DNA of 64,000 nucleotides from a virus: IMG/VR virus record IMGVR_UViG_3300050343_000216, positions 11,300 to 75,299 of that record; one strand, 5' to 3'. Shown piece by piece: positions 34,106 to 45,099 of this stretch (position 1 is its first letter; each line of letters starts with the position of its first letter). The notes under the pieces were generated by a model. It saw only the letters and a program-made list of their open reading frames with translations, ran no database searches and was not told where the DNA came from. The position numbers and the translations under genes were made by a program.

Positions 34106-34517
34106 TCGAGGTCACCTACTGTTTCCGTTACCCAAGTATCAAAATCATTTGCATTCTTCATAAGAAGCTCTGCATTTTCTTGAGTAAATGGCAATGTACC
34201 TTCAGGATCAAGTTCAGAAATATCAACCAAAAGAAGCTCTTCTAAGTATCGAAGTTTCAGCCCTTTCCATCCTTTAATTACAGCTTTACAGTACTCTACT
34301 AAGAAACTTCTCTTCATCCAGCTCTTCTTCTGGTTGGCGAGTCTTTTTATCAAACTTTAGTAGTAATACACTTCTTACGTAAGTTTTAACAGCTCTTCTC
34401 TTGCTAGAGTAGCACAGATCAACTGTCATATCCTGCATAGCCTGGAAAATCAAGTAGTTACAGTCTTACTTGGAGTCATTAGACTCGCGAAAGAGATAGG
34501 GTTTCTGAATCACTCAT
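34084..34517 (-). CDS. tail assembly chaperone, G segment (5' part has indels)
   Basis: IKGWKGL..FTQENAELLM..DFDTWV..DLENF; lies between tail tube and tape measure. Confidence 0.75.
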
Positions 34518-34559
34518 GCTAAAAAATCCTTATAAAATTGTTGTTCATTTAATACACAT

Positions 34560-34588
34560 ATTATATCGAAGCACAGGAAAAATGTCAA
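34560..34588 (-). promoter_or_regulatory. sigma70-type promoter
   Basis: TTGACA-17 bp-TATAAT. Confidence 0.88.
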
Positions 34589-34611
34589 GAAGTATTTTTA
34601 ACACCTGGAAA

Positions 34612-34636
34612 TAAAAAACCCGCCGAAGCGGGTTTT
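34612..34636 (-). terminator. intrinsic terminator after tail tube gene
   Basis: AAAACCCGC-TTCG-GCGGGTTTTTT. Confidence 0.9.
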
Positions 34637-34656
34637 GGTGAAGCTTATTATAATTA

Positions 34657-36262
34657 TTAAGCAGAGACTCCGAATACTTCCAGATTGAATTCGTCAGCAG
34701 TATCGAAATCATTGGTATATGCACCAAAGTTAGTCTCGAGTGAAATAACATCTTCAATATTGTGACTAGGTACATCAATGTGTACTTTCGGGAAGTTGAA
34801 GTTAACTCGCGGCTGTCCTGAAGTTACGCCCCCGACTTTAAAGGTTACGTCAAAGTCGTTTACAACTTTTGTAAGACCCTTATCTGCATCTACAAGGTCT
34901 GCAAAGAAGTCGGAAGAAGCACCAGTATTACCAGTGGCGTCATCAAATACAAGATAACAAGTAAAGTTTCCACCAATAGCTCGAGCTCCAGTTACACCCT
35001 CAACTGGCTTATTAATTGTACCAAGTTCTTCAGGTACCAAGTAGGTAACATTATTTGAAATAGTAATGTTTCCGCCAGTTAGCGTAAAGTTATAGATACC
35101 AGTATCTACGACCCCAGAATCAGCAGTGTGAGTACCGGCACCCGCAAGTGCAGAGCCCGCCTGCAGTTGCTGAAACTGTAAAGGTTGTAGTGCTAGGCAC
35201 GGTCTTAACAAAGAGCGTAGTATTCCAGCTACTTGCATTTGTAAGTCCTGCTACACTTGAGATTTTAATTGTATCACCAACTTTTAGACCATGAGCAGTT
35301 GTTCCAGTAGTTACAACTCCTGGGCTTGCGGTGGTAATAGCGCTAATAGAAACTCGCTTACCTTCCATAACGTCAGGGTTTTGACCACGTACTTCAAGTT
35401 GAGTCAAACGATTACGAATAAAGTTACCCGTAGACGTTACACCCGTTGTGATCGCTGTTCGGAAAGCATCGTGAGTAGGAGTTAAACCACCACCATTATC
35501 AGCATCAATAGGTACCGAGAGACGGAAGTCATTACCGCTATCAAGATACACAAGATTCTGCGCTACTGAAGGAGCAGCAGCTCCTACGCTTACTTTTCCT
35601 GCAGTCTGCAAGTCTGTTACTTCTTTTGCGAAACCTGACCAGTTTGCAGTTGCAATACCATCCAGGTCAAAGTCAATAGAACACTCATTTACAATCGCAC
35701 TAGAGAGCTTATATACCATTGGGTTAGTAGTATCTGTTTCAAATACGAAGTAAAGAGTAAGCTTTGGAAGAGTAGATCTGTTAGACTCATTAAAGTTCAA
35801 AAGACCCCCAGTACCTGCAGAAGGAAGAGTTGCCCCTGCCTCATCATGTACAAGACCTCCAGTAACCGCTCTATCGCTAGAGTTACGAGTATAATCACCA
35901 GTACCTGTTGGACCTGCTGCGGTAACTCCGGATCCTGAGAACTCATCTGCGCCCGCCATTGCTGCCCAAAGAACTTGGTCAACAAGGTGCATTTTGCTTG
36001 AGCCGTGGTCGGTTGGACGCATGTAAGTGCTAAAAGACCATTCTGCAGGAGCCAAGGAGTCTGTAAAGAGACGTCGACCTCGACGGCTCACACCCGCAGT
36101 ACTTTCCATTTCATTTAGACCAATTTCTGTCTGATTTGTACTCTGAGAGAAACTGAATCCGTCCAATACTGGCACTTCCCACAAACCTTGGAAAGCTCCG
36201 TTATTAGCTGTTAGCTCGACATAAAGTTTCGAGTCGCGGCTAAAATAAAGTTTATCTGCCAT
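34657..36262 (-). CDS. major tail tube protein, T5 pb6-like (one frameshift near 35150)
   Basis: VLDGFSFSQ, PAEWSFSTYMRP, DFDLDGIA..WSG, FIRNRL, PEELG, DVISLETNF. Confidence 0.9.
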
Positions 36263-36322
36263 AGATTATCTCCTATGTCTTGAAAAGGCCTGGACGTGAA
36301 CGTTTGTTCGTGCCAGCATTTT

Positions 36323-36784
36323 CTAGTATCGAACCTCTATAAGAATTTCTCCAACTCCTAAAGGTTCTAATACACCTTCATCAGTATCTATACTAATGAT
36401 TGTGATTTGTTGAGTGTACTGCTCTAGACCCATTCTATCGTAGTACACGAATCTACTATTTTCTTCTAAAACTGTTTCGACGTCTTCAAGTAATTCATCA
36501 AGTGCATCTACTGCATCTTCTTGATTTACATAACATCGAATTGTAAGATTAAAAACGATCTTTGTACTGATCCGCCTTGATACTCTCTGTTTCTGATCCT
36601 GCATTTAAGTGCATTGCAGGAAACTCTTCAACTTCGTCCCAAAACTTTAGCCGAGGACTTACTTCTGCAACTGCAGTATGATAAATACCGCGACCATCAA
36701 TACCTTCAATTTTATCTGCTAAGAGCTCTTGTAATAGCAGACCTACGGCTAGTATACTGTCTATGTGCCTGCTTTTTCTGCCAC
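36323..36784 (-). CDS. tail terminator-like protein, frameshifted
   Basis: LLEDVETVLE..IDTDEG.L.P.GVGEI; T5 synteny. Confidence 0.7.
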
Positions 36785-38137
36785 TTATACTCTCCTAGTA
36801 TAAAATCTTCCTAGTGCCATTTCTGCTGCTATTTCTCTAATAGAGCTATCAATAATCTTCTAGGGTCTCTACTAGTGGTTGCCCAAGGGCTTTTACCCCT
36901 TCCTACCTCAAAAACTTGATATGGATCTTTATCATAAGTATAACCGAAACTTGGGAACCCTCTTTTAGTTTGACTTACATCAGTAAGCTTTACACTATTT
37001 GCAAATCTTCCTGTTCTATTTTCTAATCCCGGCGATCTCATGTTCTTTTCAATAGTTTCAGGAAGTTTTCGATTAATCATTGCCATTATGGAAAACATGC
37101 TGCGTCTGTTATTTTTTTCAAATGCTGGAGTTTTAACTGCTGTCTTATCTTTAAATGCAGCACCTGCAGTCACTATATTGGCTTTCTTTTTCCCTTTTCC
37201 TGAGCTTTTTTGATCTTTAATCTTTTGGTCTTTAATACTTGATCGTATATTTTTATTTCTTTTTGTAACTAATGAAAATTCATTTAGGATTATTTTTTTG
37301 GACTTAGACACTTTAGAGTCAGAACCCTCTTGGTTAGCCCAAAAATTTGTCCCAAAAGACTCTACTATAACTTTTAAGTCTTTGTTTATATTCTCTATTA
37401 AGGCTTTTTCTTTTGATCCGCCTTTCTGTCTATTAAGAAATTTACTTTCTAAAGCCACCGATATAATATCAATGTTTTTTTCCAGGATTTTTAGTTATTA
37501 CAAAGTCTGTTTGGTCTGATAGCTCTCCAATTAACTTTTGTACTTCTGGATTTTTTTGAGCTGAAGACCATTCAAATAGTGTTTTATTTACTTCTCTAGC
37601 TCGCTGCTCAGAGATACTGTACCCTTCTTCATGTCCAATATCAAGAAAGCTAGAATTTATTTGTTCGATCTCTTTTGATCTTCTTCCGCCCTTATTAAGT
37701 TTTGTAATTTGGGCTCTTAATTTTCTTAAAAGAGGTCTTTGCCGTACTTGTTTTACTGCCCGAAATCTATTAAATACATTGACTGTTCCGGCTTTTTTAG
37801 CTCCTATAGTAAAAGTAAACCTTCGAGCATCTCCTTTGAGGTTTGATACCATTGTTTTCTTTGCTTCTGTATTAAAATTTTTAAAATCTTGATACATTCC
37901 TGAACACATCTTTGGAACTTCAGTTTCAATAATATCAATAATACTCTGTGGAAGGTTCCCCGGTTTATAGCCCCCTCTTTTTTCCATTTCTCTTTTTATT
38001 TGAGTCATGATTCTTTGTTGACTAACTAAAATATTATGAACTTTTTTGTCTGAAGTTATCTTCCTATAAGAATTTGAAGTTTGCTCCATCAACTCTTGTA
38101 TTTTTTTAACTGTTGCCTGTAAATCTCTCTTAGCCAT
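36785..38137 (-). CDS. tail completion protein, frameshifted near 37465
   Basis: NRTGRFA.SV..PY.VFE..RDPR.LI C-terminus; synteny. Confidence 0.65.
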
Positions 38138-38727
38138 TAAAAGTTTTTATAAAGATCAAGTACCCGTTTTATGTGATCTGGAAATGCCACATTATTACGC
38201 TGACTTGTGCTTGCTTGATTCTGAATACTAGCGCCTGCAATTGAGCGTCGCTCTTTGTGTTCATCCTTCAAGTAGTAAGTAATCAAATCAAAAACTGCAA
38301 GTCTTAAATCTGCTGGAAGACTTGCGTATCCTGCTTTATAAGTTACACGAACTGCACCTGGGCCACGAGCCCAATTCTTATAAGTAGTGCCCCCAGTAGT
38401 ACGAATAAGGCTGTCTGTCGCACTATCTAAATAATACTCATAACTTGTTGTGGTCAAAGTAATGTAAGAAGAATCATAAGTTTCTCGCTCTTCTACGGAT
38501 ACGATACTATTTACCGGGCTTTCTGTAAGCTGTATAAGATGCGTACCCCAGTTTACATTAATAGTATCTACTTTATTTGTACTGTAATAATCTACAAAAC
38601 TGTTTGCACAATAAGTCTTTACTAATTGGCTCACCGACGGAATAATAAAATTAAGCTGCGCATCACTTTTAGGGGTGGTAACCCCTTCTGCGGCTTTATA
38701 GTCTATAAGTGTAACTAAATCTGTCAT
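38137..38727 (-). CDS. head completion / head-tail connector protein
   Basis: VKTYC..Y.AGY..P.DL.LA..FPDHIKRVLDLY. Confidence 0.8.
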   Translation of the reverse strand: MTDLVTLIDYKAAEGVTTPKSDAQLNFIIPSVSQLVKTYCANSFVDYYSTNKVDTINVNWGTHLIQLTESPVNSIVSVEERETYDSSYITLTTTSYEYYLDSATDSLIRTTGGTTYKNWARGPGAVRVTYKAGYASLPADLRLAVFDLITYYLKDEHKERRSIAGASIQNQASTSQRNNVAFPDHIKRVLDLYKNF

Positions 38728-38739
38728 AAGCTAATTAGT

Positions 38740-38770
38740 AAAAACTTGGGGAGGCGAACCTCCCCAGTTT
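38740..38770 (-). terminator. intrinsic terminator after capsid gene
   Basis: TGGGGAGG-TTCG-CCTCCCCA followed by AGTTTTT. Confidence 0.85.
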
Positions 38771-38783
38771 ATGTTACTTGTTA

Positions 38784-40158
38784 TTAAGCAACAAAGTCGA
38801 TCTTAACTGAAGGCTCGGCACCGGTAGCACCGGCAACGATCTCTTCAAAACCGAGAGACTGTGAAGCAACCAGCACGCGACGCTGATTCATAACTTCGTA
38901 GTCTTGCTCTACTGATACACCACGGAGTCGTGGTACAACGTAGTTGCGAGTATTAACTGCGAATGCCGCAGGAATACCAGCCGCTTCTGCTGGGAACTCT
39001 TCAGATACGATTACGGGTGAACCGTATACCGCACCGATAGTACCAACAACACGTGCTGCGAGGTCTGAACCTACTTCATCCAGAGTCTGGAAGTTAGCAT
39101 CGTTCAGCAGGTCAAAATAGCTATTCTGGCTTACGATATACGCGATATCAGAAGGCATCAAGCCATACTTGCCCATTTGCTCACGAGCAGCAAGAAGCTT
39201 AGCAGAAGTCAAACGCTCTGCATCAGAGATGTCAAGAGTGTCTGAGTTAGCAGCTGCGTAGCCGTCAAGACCAGTGATTGAACCTGAACCATTGATGATT
39301 GCATCTTCTACTGCGCGACCGTGTGCACGAGCAACTGACTCAACAAGCATAGGCATCAAGTTAATGAGTACTTGCTCGTCTACGTCGTTGTCCATAAACG
39401 TACTAGAAATCAGACGGTATGCATTCAGAGTTACCTGCTTTGCATTGTACTGATTATTAGTAATTTCTACACGGTTTTCCAAGTTACCGCCAGTTGCTGC
39501 GCTTGCAAATGCAGCCTTACCAGCATCAGTCTGGATCGGCAGTACAGTTGCGCCACCGTTGACAGGAATCTCACGGAACAAACGAGCTACTTTCAGCTCA
39601 TGCATGATTTCCTTCTCGATGGGAAGCAACTTCCTGATCGATATCAGCAGCGTTTGCAGCATAGTTAATACCAGCCTTCTCTTGAATGTCACGTGCAAAG
39701 TCAGTTTCCCAACCTTTACGAGTCATAACACCCAGCATGTGAGCGGCCATAAAGTCTGTGCCCCACTTAGAAATGTCTGATTTTTCTGCACGGTCAGCGA
39801 ATACACGCTTAGACTCACGCATTTTAGAGATTTCATCAGACTTCTCTTCGAGGTCCTTCTTGTACTGGGCAAGAGTCTCTTCCATGTTCGCATTGCGATC
39901 ATTCAACTCTTTTTGTACGTCAGCCAGCAACTTCTCAGTACCAGACTCGATACCGGTGCGGATGCTGTGCTTAACTTCTTCTTCCTGCTGAGCTTTAGCT
40001 TCGGCGTGTGCCTCTGCTTTCTCAGTAGCTTCTTGAACTGCCTTTTCTTCGGCAGCCTTTGACTCAGCTTGCTTCATTGCGATCTTAGCAGCAGTTTCCT
40101 CTGCTACTTTCTTCGCAAAAGCTTCCAAGTCGACTTCGGGAGTAATTACTTCCGACAT
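38784..40158 (-). CDS. HK97-fold major capsid protein with N-terminal scaffold (delta) domain; frameshift near 39625
   Basis: Coiled-coil N-terminus, then EKEIMHELKVA.LFREI, G.VYGSPVIVS, QRRVLVASQ.LGF. Confidence 0.92.
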
Positions 40159-40766
40159 ATTGATCTCCTTTTAGCGGATTTTTCCGCTTCGTCCGGTGTT
40201 TCACTAGCTACCGATGAATTTTCATCCTTAGCCAGAGACTGACCGGCTAGATCTACACGATTGGTGAAAGTTTTTTTGAATTCATTATACTCCTCAATAG
40301 AGTCAAATGACTTCGCCAGAGAAAAAGTAGCTGCTTGATTACAAGGTACGGATACAACCGATACCTCAAACAACTCAGCGTCCTTAATCTTTAATCCGTC
40401 AGTTTCCGATAGGTAATCAGCATCCTTGACTCGGAAACCAACAGAAAATGCTCCAAGAATGCCTTCTTTTACAAGCTGCGCAACATGATCGGGCGCAGAT
40501 TTAGAAATTTTTGCCTTTAGTTCAAGACCGTTTTCAGTGACTTTAAGTCCTGTCGCGCGTCCAATAGGCTTGTTATAATCATGATTAAAAAGAATAATAG
40601 GATTCTTTTCAAAGTTATTCAGACCGCCTTTAGTCCACGCTAGTGCGTCAATCACATCACCAGCACGATCAAAATCACTCGTACTAGCCATGCCACAGAT
40701 GTGAACTCCTCCGTCATCTTCGTCTAAAGCCTTGAAGGTAGAGGTAAGATTAAAAATCTTTTCCAT
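40146..40766 (-). CDS. HK97-family prohead protease
   Basis: GMAST..DRAGD, LFNHD..PIG, FSVGF, ELFEVSVVSVPCNQ. Confidence 0.93.
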   Translation of the reverse strand: MEKIFNLTSTFKALDEDDGGVHICGMASTSDFDRAGDVIDALAWTKGGLNNFEKNPIILFNHDYNKPIGRATGLKVTENGLELKAKISKSAPDHVAQLVKEGILGAFSVGFRVKDADYLSETDGLKIKDAELFEVSVVSVPCNQAATFSLAKSFDSIEEYNEFKKTFTNRVDLAGQSLAKDENSSVASETPDEAEKSAKRRSICRK

Positions 40767-41007
40767 TAGTCTTGGCGTGAAGCTGTTTCCACGCATCAGG
40801 ATAATCATTTTCCATAATAGCAACAAGTCGTGACCAATTACCAAAGTAATTATCTACTTGTCCTATTCGAAGAGGCACATCTGACTGCTTGCTATATTCT
40901 AGTCGAGTGAAAAGTTTACCTTTTTCCATCATATACATCACAAGAGCGTCTAATGCTGCTTTTCGTCCTCTAATCCTCACTGTCTTCTCCTTCTGGGGGT
41001 CTACCAC
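40750..41007 (-). CDS. hypothetical protein
   Basis: ORF between portal and protease with an FGNW motif; exact ends uncertain. Confidence 0.5.
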   Translation of the reverse strand: MVDPQKEKTVRIRGRKAALDALVMYMMEKGKLFTRLEYSKQSDVPLRIGQVDNYFGNWSRLVAIMENDYPDAWKQLHAKTNGKDF

Positions 41008-42166
41008 CTTCGTCTGGATTTACTGCGCTTCCTGCAATATTTGCAGGTACTCGCAACTCATCATGTCCTTCTACTAGGTCAAATCCAAGAGCCTCTCGTG
41101 CTTCATTTGGAGAAATAATCCCAGTATTTACTAACGCAGAATAATACTGCGATTGATCTCGTAATTCTGGCTGTAGTGCTGGGATATCTGTAATATCTTC
41201 TTTGCACTTAAATCCAAAGTGTCTTTCCATTGCAAAGTTAATTTTTCGCACAATGGGAAGAATTGTCTCAAGGTAGTACATTCGCATATTTGGTCGAATG
41301 TTTGCATTGTTACCTGAGTCCAAAAGCATTGGAGGTATTCCAAGTGCTTTTAAAATAATTTTTTCGTTTTCTGCAATTGCACTCTGAAAGTCTAGTTCTT
41401 TAAAATTAACATTTGATACTGAATCTATCTCAATACCTCCGTCCAAAATAAGAGGACGTCTACCACCTGCATCTGGTCTATAACGAGCTGACCAAGATTG
41501 AATCATTCTTTCTTTAATCTTTTCAGATAGAGTATTTGGTGATTTTAGTACAAGACCTGGAACAGCTCCATTCTTAAAGAAGTTATCCTGGAAGTCCCGC
41601 ATACTTCTCATTAGTACCATCGTTCTGAGTGCGGGCTTTAGGCGTGAAACACCTCGATAGATAGAATAGAAAGAGTTATCCTTAATGTGAATAATTTCAC
41701 TTGGCTTATAGTCTACTTTCTCATTAAAACTGAATCTTTCAATATAAGTAGTGTCACTTGCATGAATAGTTACTTTGTTTGCGGGAAGATGGTACATATG
41801 TACACCATCGAAATAAATAAAAATGTTACCATCTAATAGATAGTCTGTAATCAAGTTACGACGGAAAGTGCTAATATCTTGAAAAGGGTTGGGCTCTTTG
41901 TTTAGTAATAGTTCTACACGAGAACGCTTAATACCTTTTATGACACTAGACATACCTTGAACTTGTCCGCCGACGGCAATAGGAATCTCCGATGCATCGT
42001 CAACGATTAAATTTACGCCTCGATTAACAATTTCGAGGTCTTCATAAGCTCTCTCGTAGTTTACTACCTTTTCTCGAGAAGGCTCTGTTTTATGGTCATA
42101 ATAAGGTTGAGCAGGATTTAATTTTTCCTCCATATCCTTATTTTGCCAAAAGTTATACCAAGCCAT
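40970..42166 (-). CDS. portal protein (HK97 family)
   Basis: PNPFQ, LDGN, IIHIK, FFKNGAVP, ALGIPP, ISPNEARE. Confidence 0.95.
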   Translation of the reverse strand: MAWYNFWQNKDMEEKLNPAQPYYDHKTEPSREKVVNYERAYEDLEIVNRGVNLIVDDASEIPIAVGGQVQGMSSVIKGIKRSRVELLLNKEPNPFQDISTFRRNLITDYLLDGNIFIYFDGVHMYHLPANKVTIHASDTTYIERFSFNEKVDYKPSEIIHIKDNSFYSIYRGVSRLKPALRTMVLMRSMRDFQDNFFKNGAVPGLVLKSPNTLSEKIKERMIQSWSARYRPDAGGRRPLILDGGIEIDSVSNVNFKELDFQSAIAENEKIILKALGIPPMLLDSGNNANIRPNMRMYYLETILPIVRKINFAMERHFGFKCKEDITDIPALQPELRDQSQYYSALVNTGIISPNEAREALGFDLVEGHDELRVPANIAGSAVNPDEGGRPPEGEDSED

Positions 42167-42518
42167 GCTTTCCTCTTTGTATCTCTACCCAACGTTTTTG
42201 TTTAGGCGCTGAGTGTAATGTTGGGTTTCGCCCGTATATTGAGTGCAATTTTAAGTGGTGAGCGTGGCACAAAGTAACAGTATAATCATACAACTCTTCA
42301 ATATGTTCATTAATAAATTCATCTCTAAAATTTCGAATATCCTCCATCATATAGTTTTGCTCTTTAACCCACTTCTGAAGTAGAGGACTTAAACTATAGT
42401 AATGGTGAAAATCAAGCTCAGTGTCTGCCCCGCATATGTAGCACTCGGAGGCTTTTTCATACCTTGATTTTGCTTTATCTCGTATATACTTTACGGGATC
42501 TCGTTTTAGCTCTGCCAT
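42153..42518 (-). CDS. HNH nicking endonuclease (T5-type, next to portal)
   Basis: CYICG..LDFHH..TLC..HH..LH. Confidence 0.85.
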   Translation of the reverse strand: MAELKRDPVKYIRDKAKSRYEKASECYICGADTELDFHHYYSLSPLLQKWVKEQNYMMEDIRNFRDEFINEHIEELYDYTVTLCHAHHLKLHSIYGRNPTLHSAPKQKRWVEIQRGKHGLV

Positions 42519-42547
42519 CTTTGAATCTATTACTTTTTAATAACGAA

Positions 42548-42576
42548 ATTATATCGTGAGGAAACTAAATTGTCAA
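42548..42576 (-). promoter_or_regulatory. sigma70-type promoter
   Basis: TTGACA-17 bp-TATAAT. Confidence 0.88.
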
Positions 42577-42598
42577 CTACTTTTTTTCTTAGGTCTTT

Positions 42599-43903
42599 TT
42601 AAAAACCTGTAGACGAAGTTTCAAATGAATAAACTGCATATCGTAAAGCATCGGCCATGTGTGACGCCATATTATGTTTTGGCTTTTCTCTGGCCAAGTT
42701 AGGGTTTGAGTCCCACTGATATTGATCTAACGCTGATAAACTATGTAGACATTTCTGGTCTATAATTAAATTATCATTATCAACAATAGCAGCCACATGA
42801 GCAATGCCGTCCAGTACAGACTTTTTGGCATTTGTGGTAGTAATATCATAGTTCTGAGCAAAGTCAAATCTAGTTTGTTGAGCTGCTGAATCAATGAAGA
42901 TATAATCAATATCCCACTTTTCCATAAGTCTACTAATTTCAACAGCATGCTGCTCTGTGGTTTTTTCAGCATCTAAGTATTCGTCGAGGATGTAGTATTT
43001 TTGGTCTGCCCAGTCATATGCCAAAACGCAAAAGGCAGTGGGATCTCTATACCCCACATCAAGACCTGCGAATATATCCATTTTTGAAACATCGAATTCT
43101 TCCAAGTTCTCAATACAGGTTTCGTGATTAAAGTTCCAAATTTGTCCCTCATAGGTGTTAAAGTCTGCTTCATACTCTTGTTTAAACTCTGCTTCTGACA
43201 TACTTTTTCTAGCTTCTGAAACGTCACTCTCAGACATCCTAGGGTTATCTTTATAGGTTGCACGTATAGATGCCCATTCAGGAAACTCATCAGTAAATCC
43301 TCTATTAAAAAATTCAGCAAACCAGTTACTCTTTCCTCTAGGAGTAGAAATAAACAGAGCTTTAGAATTATCTTTGTCTAGGGTGGGGCGCAGTGCAACA
43401 TTAAAAGCCTCTTTACCATCTGCAAGTGCTGCCTCATCAAATATAATAAGATCATAGCTACGCCCTACACAAGAGTCTACTTGATTAATTGAACCCATTC
43501 TTATTGTAGAACCGTTTGTTAGTTCAATTACTTTATCTTTAGCATTATCTTTTGCTACTTCAAGATCAAAGTGCTTAATTAATTGTCTTTGTAAGTCGAA
43601 AGAAATCTGAGACAAGGCATAGTTCGGAGACATAATTAAAATGTGAGAACCTGGGACTAGCGATACTAGCTGCCCAATAATATTTGCGATATAAGTTTTG
43701 CCCTGTCTTCTTGAAATTGCTGCAGTTACAAAACGGTACTTATTATTGTTTATCGCATTTATGATCGCCATTTGAGACGGAAGAGGTGTAACGCCGAGTA
43801 AATCCAAGTATGGATCTACTGGAAGCTTGAGAAACCTCGTCTCAGATTGAAATTCAACAAGTCGCTCGGAGACTAAGTCTCTCCTACTTATTTCTATTGT
43901 CAT
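42599..43903 (-). CDS. terL: terminase large subunit
   Basis: SRRQGKT, IIFDEAA, ISTPRG, GLDVGYRD, H.ADALRY. Confidence 0.95.
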   Translation of the reverse strand: MTIEISRRDLVSERLVEFQSETRFLKLPVDPYLDLLGVTPLPSQMAIINAINNNKYRFVTAAISRRQGKTYIANIIGQLVSLVPGSHILIMSPNYALSQISFDLQRQLIKHFDLEVAKDNAKDKVIELTNGSTIRMGSINQVDSCVGRSYDLIIFDEAALADGKEAFNVALRPTLDKDNSKALFISTPRGKSNWFAEFFNRGFTDEFPEWASIRATYKDNPRMSESDVSEARKSMSEAEFKQEYEADFNTYEGQIWNFNHETCIENLEEFDVSKMDIFAGLDVGYRDPTAFCVLAYDWADQKYYILDEYLDAEKTTEQHAVEISRLMEKWDIDYIFIDSAAQQTRFDFAQNYDITTTNAKKSVLDGIAHVAAIVDNDNLIIDQKCLHSLSALDQYQWDSNPNLAREKPKHNMASHMADALRYAVYSFETSSTGF

Positions 43904-43918
43904 GTTATTATTATGCCT

Positions 43919-44485
43919 TTAATCGTTTTTTCTATGTCCATTCCAAGCTGCAAATCCTGCGACTCGAAGAGCCCAGTATGCTAAGTAGTTTAACAGCTTA
44001 AAACCATTTACTTCAATACAAATATCACGGAAAAGTTTATCCATCCACTTTTGGTCTTTCTTGCCGATATCTGTTCCATCTTTTTTCATAAGGGTAGCAT
44101 ATTTATAGCCATAGTCGTGAACAAGACCGCCCATAAGTAATACACCGGTAGGAGACAACCACATAGCAAGAAATTTAGGGACAGACGCACCATCAAACTG
44201 GAATCCTTTGGGAATAACATACTCTTCCACTCCTAGTGTAAAATGAAAATCATCACAGATTTCCCATTGACGAACACCTAACATCCACATCCATATTGCT
44301 TTCCAAAATCCTTTATCTTTTGTCTGAATTGCCAGAGGCTTCATATGAGGCATTTCATCATAATAAAAACCTACTCTATCTTCTCCTTGTCCGTCAAAAA
44401 TACTGGCTACGAAGCCTATAAGAATAAGACTAATTACAATAGTCCACTGCCAAAAGTTTACTGCAAGATCAAGTAAAAAGTCCAC
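43919..44485 (-). CDS. DUF1353-like protein with N-terminal TM segment
   Basis: IPKGFQFDGASVP..VHDYGY. Confidence 0.75.
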   Translation of the reverse strand: MDFLLDLAVNFWQWTIVISLILIGFVASIFDGQGEDRVGFYYDEMPHMKPLAIQTKDKGFWKAIWMWMLGVRQWEICDDFHFTLGVEEYVIPKGFQFDGASVPKFLAMWLSPTGVLLMGGLVHDYGYKYATLMKKDGTDIGKKDQKWMDKLFRDICIEVNGFKLLNYLAYWALRVAGFAAWNGHRKND

Positions 44486-44800
44486 TTATTTTCCTTTTTG
44501 GTACGCTTGTGCTCCAAAGAACGCTGCTACCAAGCCTGCAACCGCTACAAAGTAAGTCGGTGCCATATCTCCTAAAATATTTGATGCTTTTTCTAAACCA
44601 GCAAGATCAGTAAGAACAACCATGGCGGGATACAACAACATACCAGCAAGAGAGAACCATGCCATATTTCGTTGTGCATCTCGCATTGCGTCCGCATCTT
44701 CTAGCTCCTTTCGCTTAAACTCCATGTACATTGCTTTTTCTTCGTCGTCTACTTTACCATCGCCATTAGTATCTGCTGGATGAAATTCACTCATTACCAC
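44486..44800 (-). CDS. two-TM holin-like membrane protein with N-terminal EF-hand loop
   Basis: DTNGDGKVDDEE followed by two hydrophobic helices. Confidence 0.6.
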   Translation of the reverse strand: MVMSEFHPADTNGDGKVDDEEKAMYMEFKRKELEDADAMRDAQRNMAWFSLAGMLLYPAMVVLTDLAGLEKASNILGDMAPTYFVAVAGLVAAFFGAQAYQKGK

Positions 44801-45099
44801 TTCACCTTATCGGCCCAATAAGCTGCGCTCATTTTGCCCTTTGCAATGTTTTTACGGTGCCGTGCTTTGAAAGATGCACGCTTACGCTTCATTGCCTCTG
44901 ATTCTCCTGCTTTAGGCTTGCCAGCAGTTTTTGCTCCTTGCTGCCCAAAACGAATAGTCTTAACTTTGGTGCCAACTTTTGCCACTACAATATGTGACTT
45001 TTTTGAGTGCCCGGGAGTACGCTTTGGCTTATTAAACCCCGATACCCCAGCACGTTTTAATCTTGAATCGCGCTTTTTACCTTTTCTTTTTACCGCCAC
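44794..45099 (-). CDS. small highly basic protein
   Basis: K/R-rich; IRFGQQG, SFKARH, AAYWA..KW. Confidence 0.75.
   Translation of the reverse strand: MAVKRKGKKRDSRLKRAGVSGFNKPKRTPGHSKKSHIVVAKVGTKVKTIRFGQQGAKTAGKPKAGESEAMKRKRASFKARHRKNIAKGKMSAAYWADKVKW

Noticed and set aside
39598-39698. Programmed frameshift in the major capsid gene
   Set aside because: No slippery heptamer; an essential, highly expressed gene; explained by a small deletion error
42153-42518. Mobile homing endonuclease
   Set aside because: Position next to the portal matches the conserved T5-type nicking/packaging nuclease
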